DNA of 64,000 nucleotides from Spiroplasma sp. (GTDB lineage Bacteria; Bacillota_I; Bacilli_A; Mycoplasmatales; MT37): NCBI GenBank assembly GCA_965226525.1, contig OZ245361.1, positions 545,064 to 609,063 of the forward strand, read 5' to 3'. Shown piece by piece: positions 21,422 to 33,455 of this stretch (position 1 is its first letter; each line of letters starts with the position of its first letter). The notes under the pieces were generated by a model. It saw only the letters and a program-made list of their open reading frames with translations, ran no database searches and was not told where the DNA came from. The position numbers and the translations under genes were made by a program.

Positions 21422-22984
21422 ATGTTGAAAAAAGTCTTTGCTGTTTTTCCAGTTTTTATCTTCTTTGCCTTCTCAGGTTTGTTTGTTTTTGCCAGTCCAT
21501 CTTCTCCAGTTGTTTTCTCATCAGGAGGTTCTGCCTCTACTAATTTAGCAGCAGAAAAAATAGGTAAGATTAATCAGCTTTGATCAGAAATCAAAGATGA
21601 AATAAAGAAGCCAGAAAATTATTTTCTAACTAAAATCCCAGTTAAAATTCCTATTCAAACTGGTAAACTTTATGACTTAGAACCTTTATACAAAGCAGCA
21701 CAAACCGAACTTGCTACCTCTGGTTCTAGTCTGACAACTGAAGGTGCCAGAGAAAAACTTTTAGAACTGGTTGATGCTGGTGTAGATTCTGCAAAAGTTG
21801 ATTCTATGTTTTTTTATGAAGAAACAGTTGGTTTTTATAGTACTGTAGAAAGTCTTTGAAGTGGTCTTTTCATTCAAGAATTACTAAAACCCAAATATGC
21901 TCACTTAATCAGAGTTCCAATTATAATTGAAGATAGTAGTTATGACTTTGAACTACTTTATAATTCTGCTAGAAATCATGGAGAAAGAAAAGCATGATAT
22001 GAACTGCCAACCTCTGCTAAAGACCTGCTTATTGGGTTGGCTGATCATGTTGGAAGTGTGGATCTCAGACCTACTTTAGCAAAAACAGCACTAGATCTTC
22101 TTTGATCAGAAATCAAATCTGAACTAAAGACAAAATATGCTTATCTATCCAAAGCCCCTATTGGAATTGATGAAACAGACTATGACCTGGAACCCTTGTT
22201 TGCTGCTGCTAAAGATGATACTCAATATGCAAAGGAAGGTTCTGAACTTCCTGCCCAGGCAAAAGACAAACTCCAAGAGTTAGTTAATGATGTTGTTATT
22301 CCTCAAAAGTTTAAAGACGCTTTAGATGTTAAAAACAATGAAAAGTTAGATGCTTTCTGATCAGAAATTAAATCTGAACTGAAGAAACCAGATTATGCCT
22401 ACTTAGTCAAAACTCCAATCCTAGTCAAAGGTAATAACTACAATCTTGAACCCTTATTTGTTGCTGTCAAAAATGAGTATGGTGTTTTAGGTTCACAACT
22501 CTCTGATTCAGCAAAAAATAAGTTACAGAGTTTAGTTAGTGCTGATGTTCAACACCAAATTTTCAAAACTAGTTTAGTGACAATAAACAATCAAAAATTA
22601 GACAACCTTTGAAACCAACTAAAAAAGGTTTTTAACCAACCAGAATTTAGCAAATGAAAAGATACTTCAATCAAAATTAAAAACAAAAGTTATGATCTTA
22701 AACTTTTATTTGCTGCTGCCAAGGAAAAAGGAGATGTTAAAGGTTCTGCCTCTTCCTTGGATGTCAAACTCCAACTCCAAGAGTTAGTCAATGATCAGGT
22801 TACTTTCAAAATGATTGAAAACCAACTGCTTGCTCTCAATCAGGCAGAAGCAGAAAAGAATCAGCAAGCAAAAGAAAAACAACAACGTCAAGATTTAACC
22901 ATTGGTTTAGCAACTGGCGGAGGTGTGTTAGCTGCTGCTGGTTTGAGTGGTTTTCTCTACTGGTTTTTTAAAATTAGAAAATAA
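21422..22984 (+). CDS. Array surface-protein paralog, copy 13 (520 aa)
   Basis: ORF 22757..22984 is in frame (offset 1335). Modules 2-3 are divergent. Confidence 0.83.
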
Positions 22985-23135
22985 AGAGTTTTTTTGACTA
23001 TCAATCTTTATTTTCCTTATTTTTTTAAAAAAAACACTTGCTTATAGATTTTTTCTAAAGCATTTTTTGACTATTCAAAAGTGGACAAAATCAGTTGTTT
23101 CTTTCCTGATTTTTTGCTTCTTTTTCACCAATTAC

Positions 23136-23162
23136 TTGACAAAAAAAAAAAAAAAGTAAAAT
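23136..23162 (+). promoter_or_regulatory. Putative promoter TTGAC-A15-G-TAAAAT (copy 14)
   Basis: A run at 23141-23155. ATG at 23172. Confidence 0.55.
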
Positions 23163-23171
23163 GAAGGCACA

Positions 23172-24758
23172 ATGTTGAAAAAAGTCCTTGCTGTTTTTCC
23201 AATTTTTATTCTCTTTACCTTCTCAGGTTTGTTTGTTTTTGCCAGTTCATCTTCTCCAGTTTTTTTCTCATCAGGAGACTCTGCCCCTACTAATTTAGCA
23301 GCAGAAAAAATAGTTAAAATTGATCAGCTTTGATCAGGAATTAAAGATGAAATAAAGGATTCAAGATATTATTCTCTAATTAAAGTCCCAATTAAAATTC
23401 CTGTTTGAGGTGGCAAACTTTATGACTTAGGACCTTTATACAAAGCAGCACAAAATGAAAATGAACTTGCTGCCTCTGGTTCTAGTCTGACAACTGAAGG
23501 TGCCAGAGAAAAACTTTTAGAACTGGTTAATGCTGGTTTAGATTCTGCAGAAGTTACTTCTGTGCTTTTTCTTGAAGAAACATTTGGTTTTTCTAAAACT
23601 TTAGTAAGGCTTTGAAATTCTTTTTTTGTTCAAGAATTACTAAAACCCAAATATGCTCACTTAGCTAAAACCCAAATTACAATTAGAAGTAATGAAGAAA
23701 TATTATCTAAGGTTAGTCTAGAACCCTTGTTCAATGCTGCTAGAAATCAAGGAGAAAAAAAATTATGACATCAACTGCCGACCGCTGCTAAAGACCTACT
23801 TATTATGTTGGTTGATGCTGGCATTAAAGAGGAGCATCTTAATCCTGCTTTAGCAAAAACAGCACTAGATCTTCTTTGATCAGAAATCAAATCTGAACTA
23901 AAGACAAAATATGCTTATCTATCCAAAGCCCCTATTGGAATTGATGAAACAAACTATGACCTGGAACCCTTGTTTACTGCTGCCAAAAACGATGTCCAGT
24001 ATGAAAAGGAAGGTTCTGAACTTTCTGTCCAGGCAAAAGACAAACTCCAAGAGTTAGTTAATGATGTTGTTATTCCTCAAAAGTTTAAAGATGCTTTAGA
24101 TGTTAAAAACAATGAAAAGTTAGATGCTTTCTGATCAAAAATTAAATCTGAAATGAAAAAACCAGATTATGCCTACTTAGTCAAAACTCCAATCCTAGTC
24201 AATGGTAATAACTACAATCTTGAACCCTTATTTGTTGCTGTTAAAAATGAGTATGGTGTTTTAGGTTCGCAACTCTCTGATTCAGCAAAAAATAAGTTAC
24301 AGAGTTTAGTTAGTGCTGATGTTGAACACCAACTTTTTAAAACTAGTTTAGTGACAATAAACAATCAAAAATTAGACAACCTTTGAACCCAACTAAAAAA
24401 GATTCTTAACCAACCAGAATTTAGCAAATGAAAAGATACTTCAATCAAGATTAAAAACAAAAGTTATGATCTTAAACTTTTGTTTGTTGCCGCCAAGGAA
24501 AAGGCAGATGTTAAAGGTTCTGCTTTGCCCTTAGATGCCAAACTCAAACTCCAAGAGTTGCTCAATGATCAGGTTACTTCCAAAATGGTTGAAAACCAAC
24601 TGCTTGCTCTCAATCAGGCAGAAGCAGAAAAGAATAAGCAAGCAAAAGAAAAACAACAAAGTCAAGATTTAACCATTGGTTTAGCAACTGGTGGCAGTGT
24701 GTTAGTTGTTGCTGGTCTGAGTGGTTTTCTCTACTGGTTTTTTAAAATCAGAAAGTAA
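23172..24758 (+). CDS. Array surface-protein paralog, copy 14 (528 aa; last in the array)
   Basis: ORFs 24153.. and 24480..24758 are in frame. The array ends here, followed by a tRNA and tig. Confidence 0.85.
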
Positions 24759-24829
24759 AGAGTTTTTTGACTATCAATCTTATTTTCCTTATTTTTTGAA
24801 AATGTATTAAAATTAAAAGCAGGATGTTT

Positions 24830-24905
24830 GCCCTTGTAGCTCAAAAGGAAGAGCAAAGGACTTCTAAGCCTTAGGTTGGAGGTTCGAACCCTCTCAAGGG
24901 TGCCA
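24830..24905 (+). tRNA. tRNA-Arg (anticodon TCT)
   Basis: 76-nt cloverleaf. Acceptor stem GCCCTTG/CAAGGGT, D stem GCTC/GAGC, anticodon loop CTTCTAA, T arm GGAGG-TTCGAAC-CCTCT, encoded CCA. There is one A:G mismatch at the base of the anticodon stem. Confidence 0.85.
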
Positions 24906-24930
24906 TTTTGTTTGGTTTTTGTTAGTAGTT

Positions 24931-26268
24931 ATGAAAATTTTGAAGTTTGAAAAGAAGTTGGAAAAACTGGAGTTTGTTTGTCTTCTTGATTTAACTAATG
25001 GTTGAAAGGAAATACTTAAAGAAACAAAAACTTTACTTCTTGCAAACTTAGATGTAAAAGGTTTTAGAAAGGGAAAAGTACCAATTGAATTAGCAAGTCA
25101 ATATCTAAAAAACAGTGAGGTTTTAGATAAAGCAGTTAAAACAGGGCAAAAAAAAATATTTGAGAAGTTGTTAAAAGAAAAAGGAGATCTTTTGTTTAAT
25201 AAGTATCGTTTGTTGCAAACAAGAGTAGAAAAAGTTTCTTTTTCAGAGTTTCAAGTTTTTTTGGAATGACAAAAACTACCTTCAGCAGTTTTAAAAAAAT
25301 GAAAAGATTTTAAGTGTGAGGTTGAACCTGTAGTAGTTTCTAAGCAAGATTTAGATGATAAGATTATGGATTTAAGGAAGCATTTTGCTTACTTTGTAGA
25401 GAAGGATTTTCCTGCAACTCAAAATGACTACCTTTTGATTAATTATCAAGCTAAGATTGATAATGTTTTGGAAAAAACATTGAGTGGCAAGGGTTTTAAT
25501 TATCAACTAGGGCAAGGTCAGTTTGGTAAATCTTTTGATTTGAATGTGCAAAAAATTAAGAAGGGAGAGAAAAAATCTTTTGCTATCTTTTTACCTAAGA
25601 ATTATTTTGATGTTAAGTTTGTTGGTAAAGAAGTTTTCTTTGAAGTTGAAGTGGTTAAAATTCAGGAACAAAAGTTTCCTGAACCTGAAAAAGAGTTGAT
25701 TAGTCTTCTGAAAATAGATAAGGTTAAGAGTTTGCAAGATTTAAGAAGTTTGCTTGCTGAAAATGTTAGAAAAACTAAATTAACAGAGTTACATCAACAA
25801 ATAATCAAAATGGTTTGACCCCAATTACTAGAACATACTGTCTTTGAAATTCCTAAAAACTATCTCATTGCAGAAGTATCAGTTATGAAAAAAAGATATG
25901 TGGATGATCTTAAAAAGAAGGATCAAACTTTAATTCAAAATTTAAAAGAAAGAAAAATAACTGAAAAAGAGTTTGACCAAGAGTTAGAAACAAAAGTAAG
26001 AAAACTACTTAATGATTACTTAATTGTTAATGAGATTGCTGATTTAGAAAAAATCACTGTTACTGATAAAGAAATTGATGACTACTACCAGTTTTTAAGT
26101 AAGAGTCAAGGGAAAGACATTGCAGAAGTTAAAAAAGTTTATTCAAAAGCACTTTTATTTAATAATTTATTGCGTTTTCAGGTTGAACAGTTTCTAGTCA
26201 AAAATACTTTGGAGTTTAATGGGTTGAAAGATGGTGGTTTTTCTTTCCCAAATTCTAATTCTAAATAA
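24931..26268 (+). CDS. tig: Trigger factor
   Basis: 445 aa with TGA=Trp. It has the N-terminal GFRKGKVP signature. ORFs 25366.. and 25885..26268 are in frame with ATG 24931. Confidence 0.85.
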
Positions 26269-26631
26269 GTGAGTTTTTACCTTTGTAGTTAAGAAAATAA
26301 ATTTAGAAGGACTTGTGATTCCTTTAAGTTGTTTAGATTTTAACTTAGTTGGAAATTTGTTAAGTGGGTGTTCAAATAAGTTTTTTTGATAGAAGTTGAA
26401 GTTTTTAATTTATGGTTTGTGTTGTTGATGCAGATGTTTCTCTTTCTACTTGATAGTTGATTAGTGCAAACTTATTACTTTTTTATTGAAGAAATTAAAA
26501 TTTTTGGTAAGAATCTTGCTTATTTATCAAAAATGAAGGTTAAAATAGATGCAAAGATGCAAACCTGGTTAATTTTATTGAACAAAATAGTTTTTCAGGG
26601 TTAAGTATTTATTGATTTTTTAGAATCTAAG

Positions 26632-28506
26632 ATGATGTTTTCTTTGAGAAGTTTTTTTCAAAATTTTGTTATTAAATCTAAAGGTTACCTTGCTGTTTTC
26701 TTTACTATGGTTTTTGGACAAAGAGTTAAAGAATGAAAAATTTTATTGGGTTTCTTAATGTTGCTGAGTTTACCTGTTAGCATCTTTCTTTTTATCTTTT
26801 TAAATCAAGCAGATGTTGTCCTGGGAAACAATATTTCTAACTATGATAGTTTTATTGTTGCTGGTATTGTCTTAGCAGTTTTGTTGTTTTTATTTCTTTT
26901 GTTCTTCTTTAATTTTTTTGGTTTATATGTTTCTATTTTTGCTGGTTTCTTTACTAGTTTAGTTTTTTTTGCCCTTACTAATTGAGGTTCAATTAATTTT
27001 GATTTTTTTGCTTTTGTTTTATTGATTTTTTTTGTTTCTTTTGGTGTTATTTGACAGTTATTTTTTCTTTTGTCTTTTCAAAACAGTATTTGGATCAAGT
27101 CTTCTTTGTTTCAAGTTTGAAGTTTAGTTTGGCAAAAACAGTGGTTCATTTTAAAGTGTTACCTGCTTCTTTTTTTGGTTAGTTGAGGTTTTTTTCTTTT
27201 TGGTGATTTAGGTAACACTTTTTTTGATTGGGTTAGTGCTTCAACAATAGAGCGACATTTTTTTGCTTCATTAGGAAGACTTTTGTTACTTTTTATTTTT
27301 CTCTCTTTTGCTGCCCATTTTTTGCTTTTTGTAGTTGTAACCTTTGTTCTTTTTTTTGTTTTTGATGTTTCTTTGCGAAAAGTTTTGTTGTGAGCAGACA
27401 CCCTCTTGATTACTTTTTTTACTAAGATAAAAAAAATTTTTCAAAGTCTCTTTACCTTTTTGTCTAATAAGTTCTCAAAAAAAAACACTAAAAAATATCA
27501 GCAAAATTTTTTTGTTGTGCTAAAGTCCAATCGGAACAATCTGCATAATTTTCTTTTGTATTCTCCTTTTTTAATTTTGATCTCAGTAATTGTTTTTCTT
27601 GCTGTTTCTTTTAGTACATCTTTTCTTTTTTGACAAAAATCTTACTTCTATTTTTGGGAAAAGAGCACTTTAACTGTTGATCCATTAATCAACAGTTATG
27701 ATAATGAAAGTTTTTGAAATTACTTGTTATGAGAAGGACAAACTTTGAAATTATCTGAAGAACTTAGTGCATTGGATTTTAGTAATTTTCGAGCAGCTCC
27801 AATTGTTAATGATGAAGGTAAATGGATTTATAGTATAGAGTTTTTTCATGAACCTTCTTTTGAAGTAAAGAAAATTTTGTGAGCAAATGATTTTAAAGAA
27901 GTAAGTGTTTTTGAAAAATATTTTGCCACAATTAAATTTGATGCTTACTGGTTTTTATTAAGTTGGTTAACAATGCTTTTTTTGGCTATTTTAGCTTTTG
28001 CTTTTTTCTTTGGTCTGGAATATAGTATAAGTTTTCTTTTTTTTCATCCTTTGCGTCTTTTCTTACTGCTTTTTTTGTTTACCTTTTTTAATTTGGGTAT
28101 AGATGGTAGTTTATTGAAGGTTGTCTTTATTTTTACTTTTCTAGATTGTTCTTTTGCCTTCTTACTTTATAAGAATAGTTATTCTCGCTCTTACAGGGGA
28201 CAAAATTACTTTTCACCTGTTCAAATTGCTTCTGTTTTTCAGTATTCGCTTCTTTTTTTATTCATTTTTCTCCTTTTTGCTGCTTGAACTTTAATTTATC
28301 TTTTGTTAGGTTATAATTTTCTCTTTTTTGTGCCTTTATTTTTAGTTTCTTTTTTGATTTTTGCTGCTTCTTTTTGAACAGATTGATTAATTTTGCAAAA
28401 ACTCACCCATTATAAATTTTTGTTTTGAAAATGATTTAGAAAAAGGTTGTTTAACACTCCTTTTTTGGAACAAACAGAAACATTTGCAGTTGGTCTAAAT
28501 GATTAA
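26632..28506 (+). CDS. Polytopic membrane protein, Phe/Leu-rich (624 aa), function unknown
   Basis: ORFs 26746.., 27406.. and 27973.. are all in one frame, joined by TGA codons. There is an upstream in-frame TAA at 26602-26604 and the first ATG is at 26632. The stop TAA at 28504-28506 overlaps the hisS start. Confidence 0.75.
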
Positions 28507-29788
28507 GTTAGTAAAAGGTTTTCGTAATATTAGTTCAAATCAGTCTCAATTGTATGTAGCATTAATTGAGAAATTGAATCAAACTGCCCAGGGTTATGGT
28601 TTTAAACCTGTTTTTGTGCCAACTGTGGAAGAGAAGCAGTTGTTTCAAAAACCAATTGGACCTGGAAGTGATATTAGTCAAAAGGAGTTTTTTTATTGTT
28701 CTGGCAGTAGTTCGACTGATAATCAGTTAGTTTTACGACCTGAACTTACAACAGGAATTGTTAATTATTTTTGGAGAAGTAAACAACAGACAACTTATAC
28801 ACCTTTGAACTTTTTTACTTATGGCAGTTGTTTCCGTTATGAAAAACCCCAACATGGACGCTACCGGGAGTTTTGACAGTGAAACTTTGACCAACTTTAT
28901 TCTTCCTATTCTTCAATTGTTTCAGTGTTGAGTTTTCTAAACAGTATCTTTACTTACTTTCAGATTAAAGATCAAATTGTTTTTCAAATCAATTATCTCA
29001 CTACTGGTCAATTAGAGAAAGTGAAGCAAGAAATTTTAAAACAGCAAAATGTTTTTTCTTTTTGTTCAATCTGCCAAAAACGCTTTGTCAACAGTAATGT
29101 TTATGCCATTTTAGATTGTCAAAGTTGCGGTGATTTTTTTATTCCTTTAATTGATTTAGAAAGTTTTTTAACTCCTCAAGAGCAGGCAGAATATCAAAAA
29201 TACTACCAAAGATTTCAAACTTACCTACCAGGAATAAAAGTTGTTAAACAAAAGATTTTAACCAGAGGATTGGATTATTATTCTGGTTTGGTTTTTGAGG
29301 TAAAGTTACTGAATTATTCTTGAAGTAAAAATACACTTTTAGCAGGCGGAACTTATTTATTAGAAAAATTTAGTGATTGTTTTCCTGCTAATGCTACTGG
29401 ATTTGGTTTTGCTTTTGGCATTGATCGTTTCATTGATTTTTTAGTTCAAACTGATCGTTTTAGTGTTTTATTGCCAAAGGCAGAAAAAGTAATTATTGGT
29501 TGTCTTGATTCTTCCCAAACAGAACAAGCTTCTACTTTTCAACAGATGTTGGTAAACAAACAGTTTATTACCTTTTTGGTAGATGGGAGTTGTTTGTTTT
29601 TTGACTTGTTAAAGTTAGCAGTAATGGAGAAATTTCAATGATTAATTTTTTTTGGCAATGAGTACCAAAAAGAGCAAAAGGTAGTTGTTCGTAAAATAAT
29701 GTTAACTAAAACTAAAAAGTATTTTCAAAAAATTCTGCCAATTGCTGAAGTTGTTTCTGTGATTGAGAGAGAATCTTTCAATAATTAG
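28499..29788 (+). CDS. hisS: Histidyl-tRNA synthetase
   Basis: 429 aa. Class II motif 2-like FRYEKPQHGRYREFWQ and motif 3-like GFGFAFGIDRF. ORF 28925.. is in frame. TAG at 29786-29788. Confidence 0.88.
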
Positions 29789-29790
29789 TG

Positions 29791-31449
<1,659 letters not shown>

Positions 31450-31489
31450 TGTTGAATTGTTGTAATAGAATAAAGGTTGCTTTGTTGTT

Positions 31490-31578
31490 GCAGAAGTGGC
31501 GGAATTAGGTAGACGCGCTAGACTTAGGATCTAGTCCCAGTTAATGGGGTAGGAGTTCAATTCTCCTTTTCTGCACCA
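31490..31578 (+). tRNA. tRNA-Leu (anticodon TAG), long variable arm
   Basis: 89 nt. Acceptor GCAGAAG/TTTCTGC, anticodon stem CTAGA/TCTAG with loop CTTAGGA, variable arm TCCCAGTTAATGGGGT, T arm AGGAG-TTCAATT-CTCCT, ACCA end. Confidence 0.88.
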
Positions 31579-31626
31579 TCTGTAAGTGTTATAATTGAGG
31601 TTGTATTTAATGGATAGGAAAAAAAA

Positions 31627-31848
31627 ATGGTAGAGTGGTGGTGGTTACTTGTTGTTGGTTTTTCAGTTTTAATCTTAGGGATGATTGCTGGTTTTTTTAT
31701 TGCCAAAAAGATTTTTCTTGATGAATTAAAAAAGAACCCTCCAGTTAATGCTGGAATGATTCGGGCAATGTATGGAAAGATGGGACGTAAACCTTCTGAG
31801 TTGCAGGTTAGATCAGTAATTAATGCTATGAAGAAGTACCAGAATTAA
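31627..31848 (+). CDS. UPF0154/YneF-family small membrane protein
   Basis: 73 aa with a single N-terminal TM helix, then ...KKNPPVNAGMIRAMYGKMGRKPSELQVRSVINAMKK, which matches the YneF-type consensus as I recall it. Confidence 0.75.
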   Translation: MVEWWWLLVVGFSVLILGMIAGFFIAKKIFLDELKKNPPVNAGMIRAMYGKMGRKPSELQVRSVINAMKKYQN

Positions 31849-31884
31849 TTTTTTTGGTCATTTTAGGTTTAAAAAGTTTAACAA

Positions 31885-32037
31885 ATGAGAACCAAGACCT
31901 ACTTTTATTGTTTTGCCTGTAATCAGCAAAACTATTTTTCTTCCAAAAACAAAGCTAAGGGCAAAAACAAGTTATCTTTAAAGAAATTTTGTAAAAACTG
32001 CCAAAAAGTTAAGATTCACAATGAAAAGAATAAATAG
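31885..32037 (+). CDS. rpmG: 50S ribosomal protein L33
   Basis: 50 aa: MRTKTYFYCFACNQQNYFSSKNKAKGKNKLSLKKFCKNCQKVKIHNEKNK. This shows the CxxC...CxxC pattern and L33-type spacing. The ORF is below the track cutoff. Confidence 0.85.
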   Translation: MRTKTYFYCFACNQQNYFSSKNKAKGKNKLSLKKFCKNCQKVKIHNEKNK

Positions 32038-32039
32038 TT

Positions 32040-33446
32040 ATGAATTTTTCCTTTTTTGCTGGTTCTTCAAGAGTTGATAGAAATTTAAGGAGTAAAGATA
32101 AAACAGAAACTACTGATAGTGGTGGTTTCAACTCTCCTTTTTGGAAGCAAGTTTTACTGGTTCGATGATTACGAGTTCTGATTGCTTTTTTAATTTTTAT
32201 GGTTTTTTTATTACTTTGAAGTTATGTTAATTACCAATTTACCATTTTAATACTGACAGTTTTACCACTTTTCATTGGTTATGCCTTTTCTTATTTTTTA
32301 CAACCTGTTAATGTTTTTTTTCAGCGTTTTTTCTCTGAAAGGACAAGTAGAATTTTGGTTTTTATTCTTTTTTTAATTTTTACTCTTGCTCTGGTTTCAG
32401 GTTTGTTTTTTGTTTTCTTTATTCAATTGGACAGTTTGTACAAAAAGTTTCTTTATCAAACTCAAGGTTTGGATGAATTTTTGAGGTTTTTAGATACTAC
32501 AGAAGTTAAAAATTTGCAGTTTGTTCGAACAGGTAATGAAACTTTTGAAATTTCTTATGATGTTTTAACAGGTAATGAATTTTTGCCTAAAAGTGAAACT
32601 ATTAACACTGAAGATGTTGCTGGTATTTTTGTCTTGTTGCTTCATATAGCAGTTAATTTTCAATTTTTACAGGGTATTTGTTTCAGTTTCATGGTGTGGC
32701 TGGACCAAAATGTTACCAATTATGGTTACTTACAAACTCTTTGAAACAATTGACAAGGAATTGCTTTAATCTTGTATTTACTTTTTTTTACAATCATTAT
32801 TGCTGCCTTTTCTCTTGGAAAAGGTTCTAGTTTTTTTGACAAAGTTTGATTTTTTTTTACCAAAGATTATGAACCAACTGTAGCAGAAAAATTAAAGTTG
32901 GAGTTGAAAAAAAATTTATCATCATGAGGACGAGGGCTGTTAATTGTGGAACTGTATATTATGGTGGGAACTGGTTTTTTTCTTTTTACTGCTGGTATTA
33001 TTTTTTCTGATTGATCTTCATATGTGGAGTCTAGTATTGTTTTAACTTTGTTTATGACTTTGTGCAATTTAGTTCCTTACATTGGTCCAACTATTGGTTT
33101 CATTCCCATTGTATCAATTGGTTTAATTGATGTTGTTAATCATGGTGTTGATTCTTTTGTCAGTTGAATTCCTTTTATCATTGCTGTAGTTGGTTGCTTT
33201 TCAGTACAAATAGGTGAATCAGCATTTGTTTCTCCTTTAGTCTATTCCTATAAAGTAAACTTGAGTCCTACTACTATTATTGTTGGTTTGGCTGTGACTG
33301 GTGTTGTTTTAGGTGTTTTTTGAATGCCTCTTACTATTCCTGCCATTTTAGTATTTAAAATCTTTTACCAGGTTTTTCAAAAAGGTTCAGAGAAAAAGAG
33401 TAATATCAAAGGCAACTCCCCAACTTTAAATCATACTAGGTTTTAA
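32040..33446 (+). CDS. AI-2E/PerM (UPF0118) family permease
   Basis: 468 aa, polytopic, with the LVPYIGPTIGFIPI signature. ORF 32355.. is in frame. I translated it through 9 TGA codons without TAA/TAG. Confidence 0.75.
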
Positions 33447-33455
33447 AACCAGAGA

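Larger units (their letters stand above)
1..24758 (+). repeat. Head-to-tail tandem array of gene+spacer units (15 paralogs, 14 complete)
   Basis: The start ATGTTGAAAAAAGTC recurs at 337, 2107, 4161, 5455, 7342, 9104, 10864, 12621, 14372, 16130, 17898, 19664, 21422 and 23172. All copies are on the + strand and are separated by two recurring spacer types. Confidence 0.95.

Noticed and set aside
1-24758. The regular repeats might be a CRISPR array, or a site-specific-inversion (shufflon, vsa/vpma-like) system.
   Set aside because: The period is about 1.75 kb and the units are protein-coding. All copies are co-oriented and each has its own promoter. I saw no recombinase gene, inverted repeats or promoterless cassettes in the window.
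27159-27401. An 80-aa, extremely basic minus-strand ORF (MSAHNKTFRKETSKTKKR...) that could pass for a ribosomal or histone-like protein.
   Set aside because: It lies antisense to an uninterrupted 624-codon plus-strand frame. Its Lys richness is just the complement of the Phe (TTT)-rich membrane-protein codons. It starts at GTG with no spacing from the SD-like AGAGG.
32867-33067. A minus-strand 66-aa ORF, and 36494..36676 (minus).
   Set aside because: The first is antisense to the AI-2E permease frame. The second is an alternate frame of the small membrane-protein gene.
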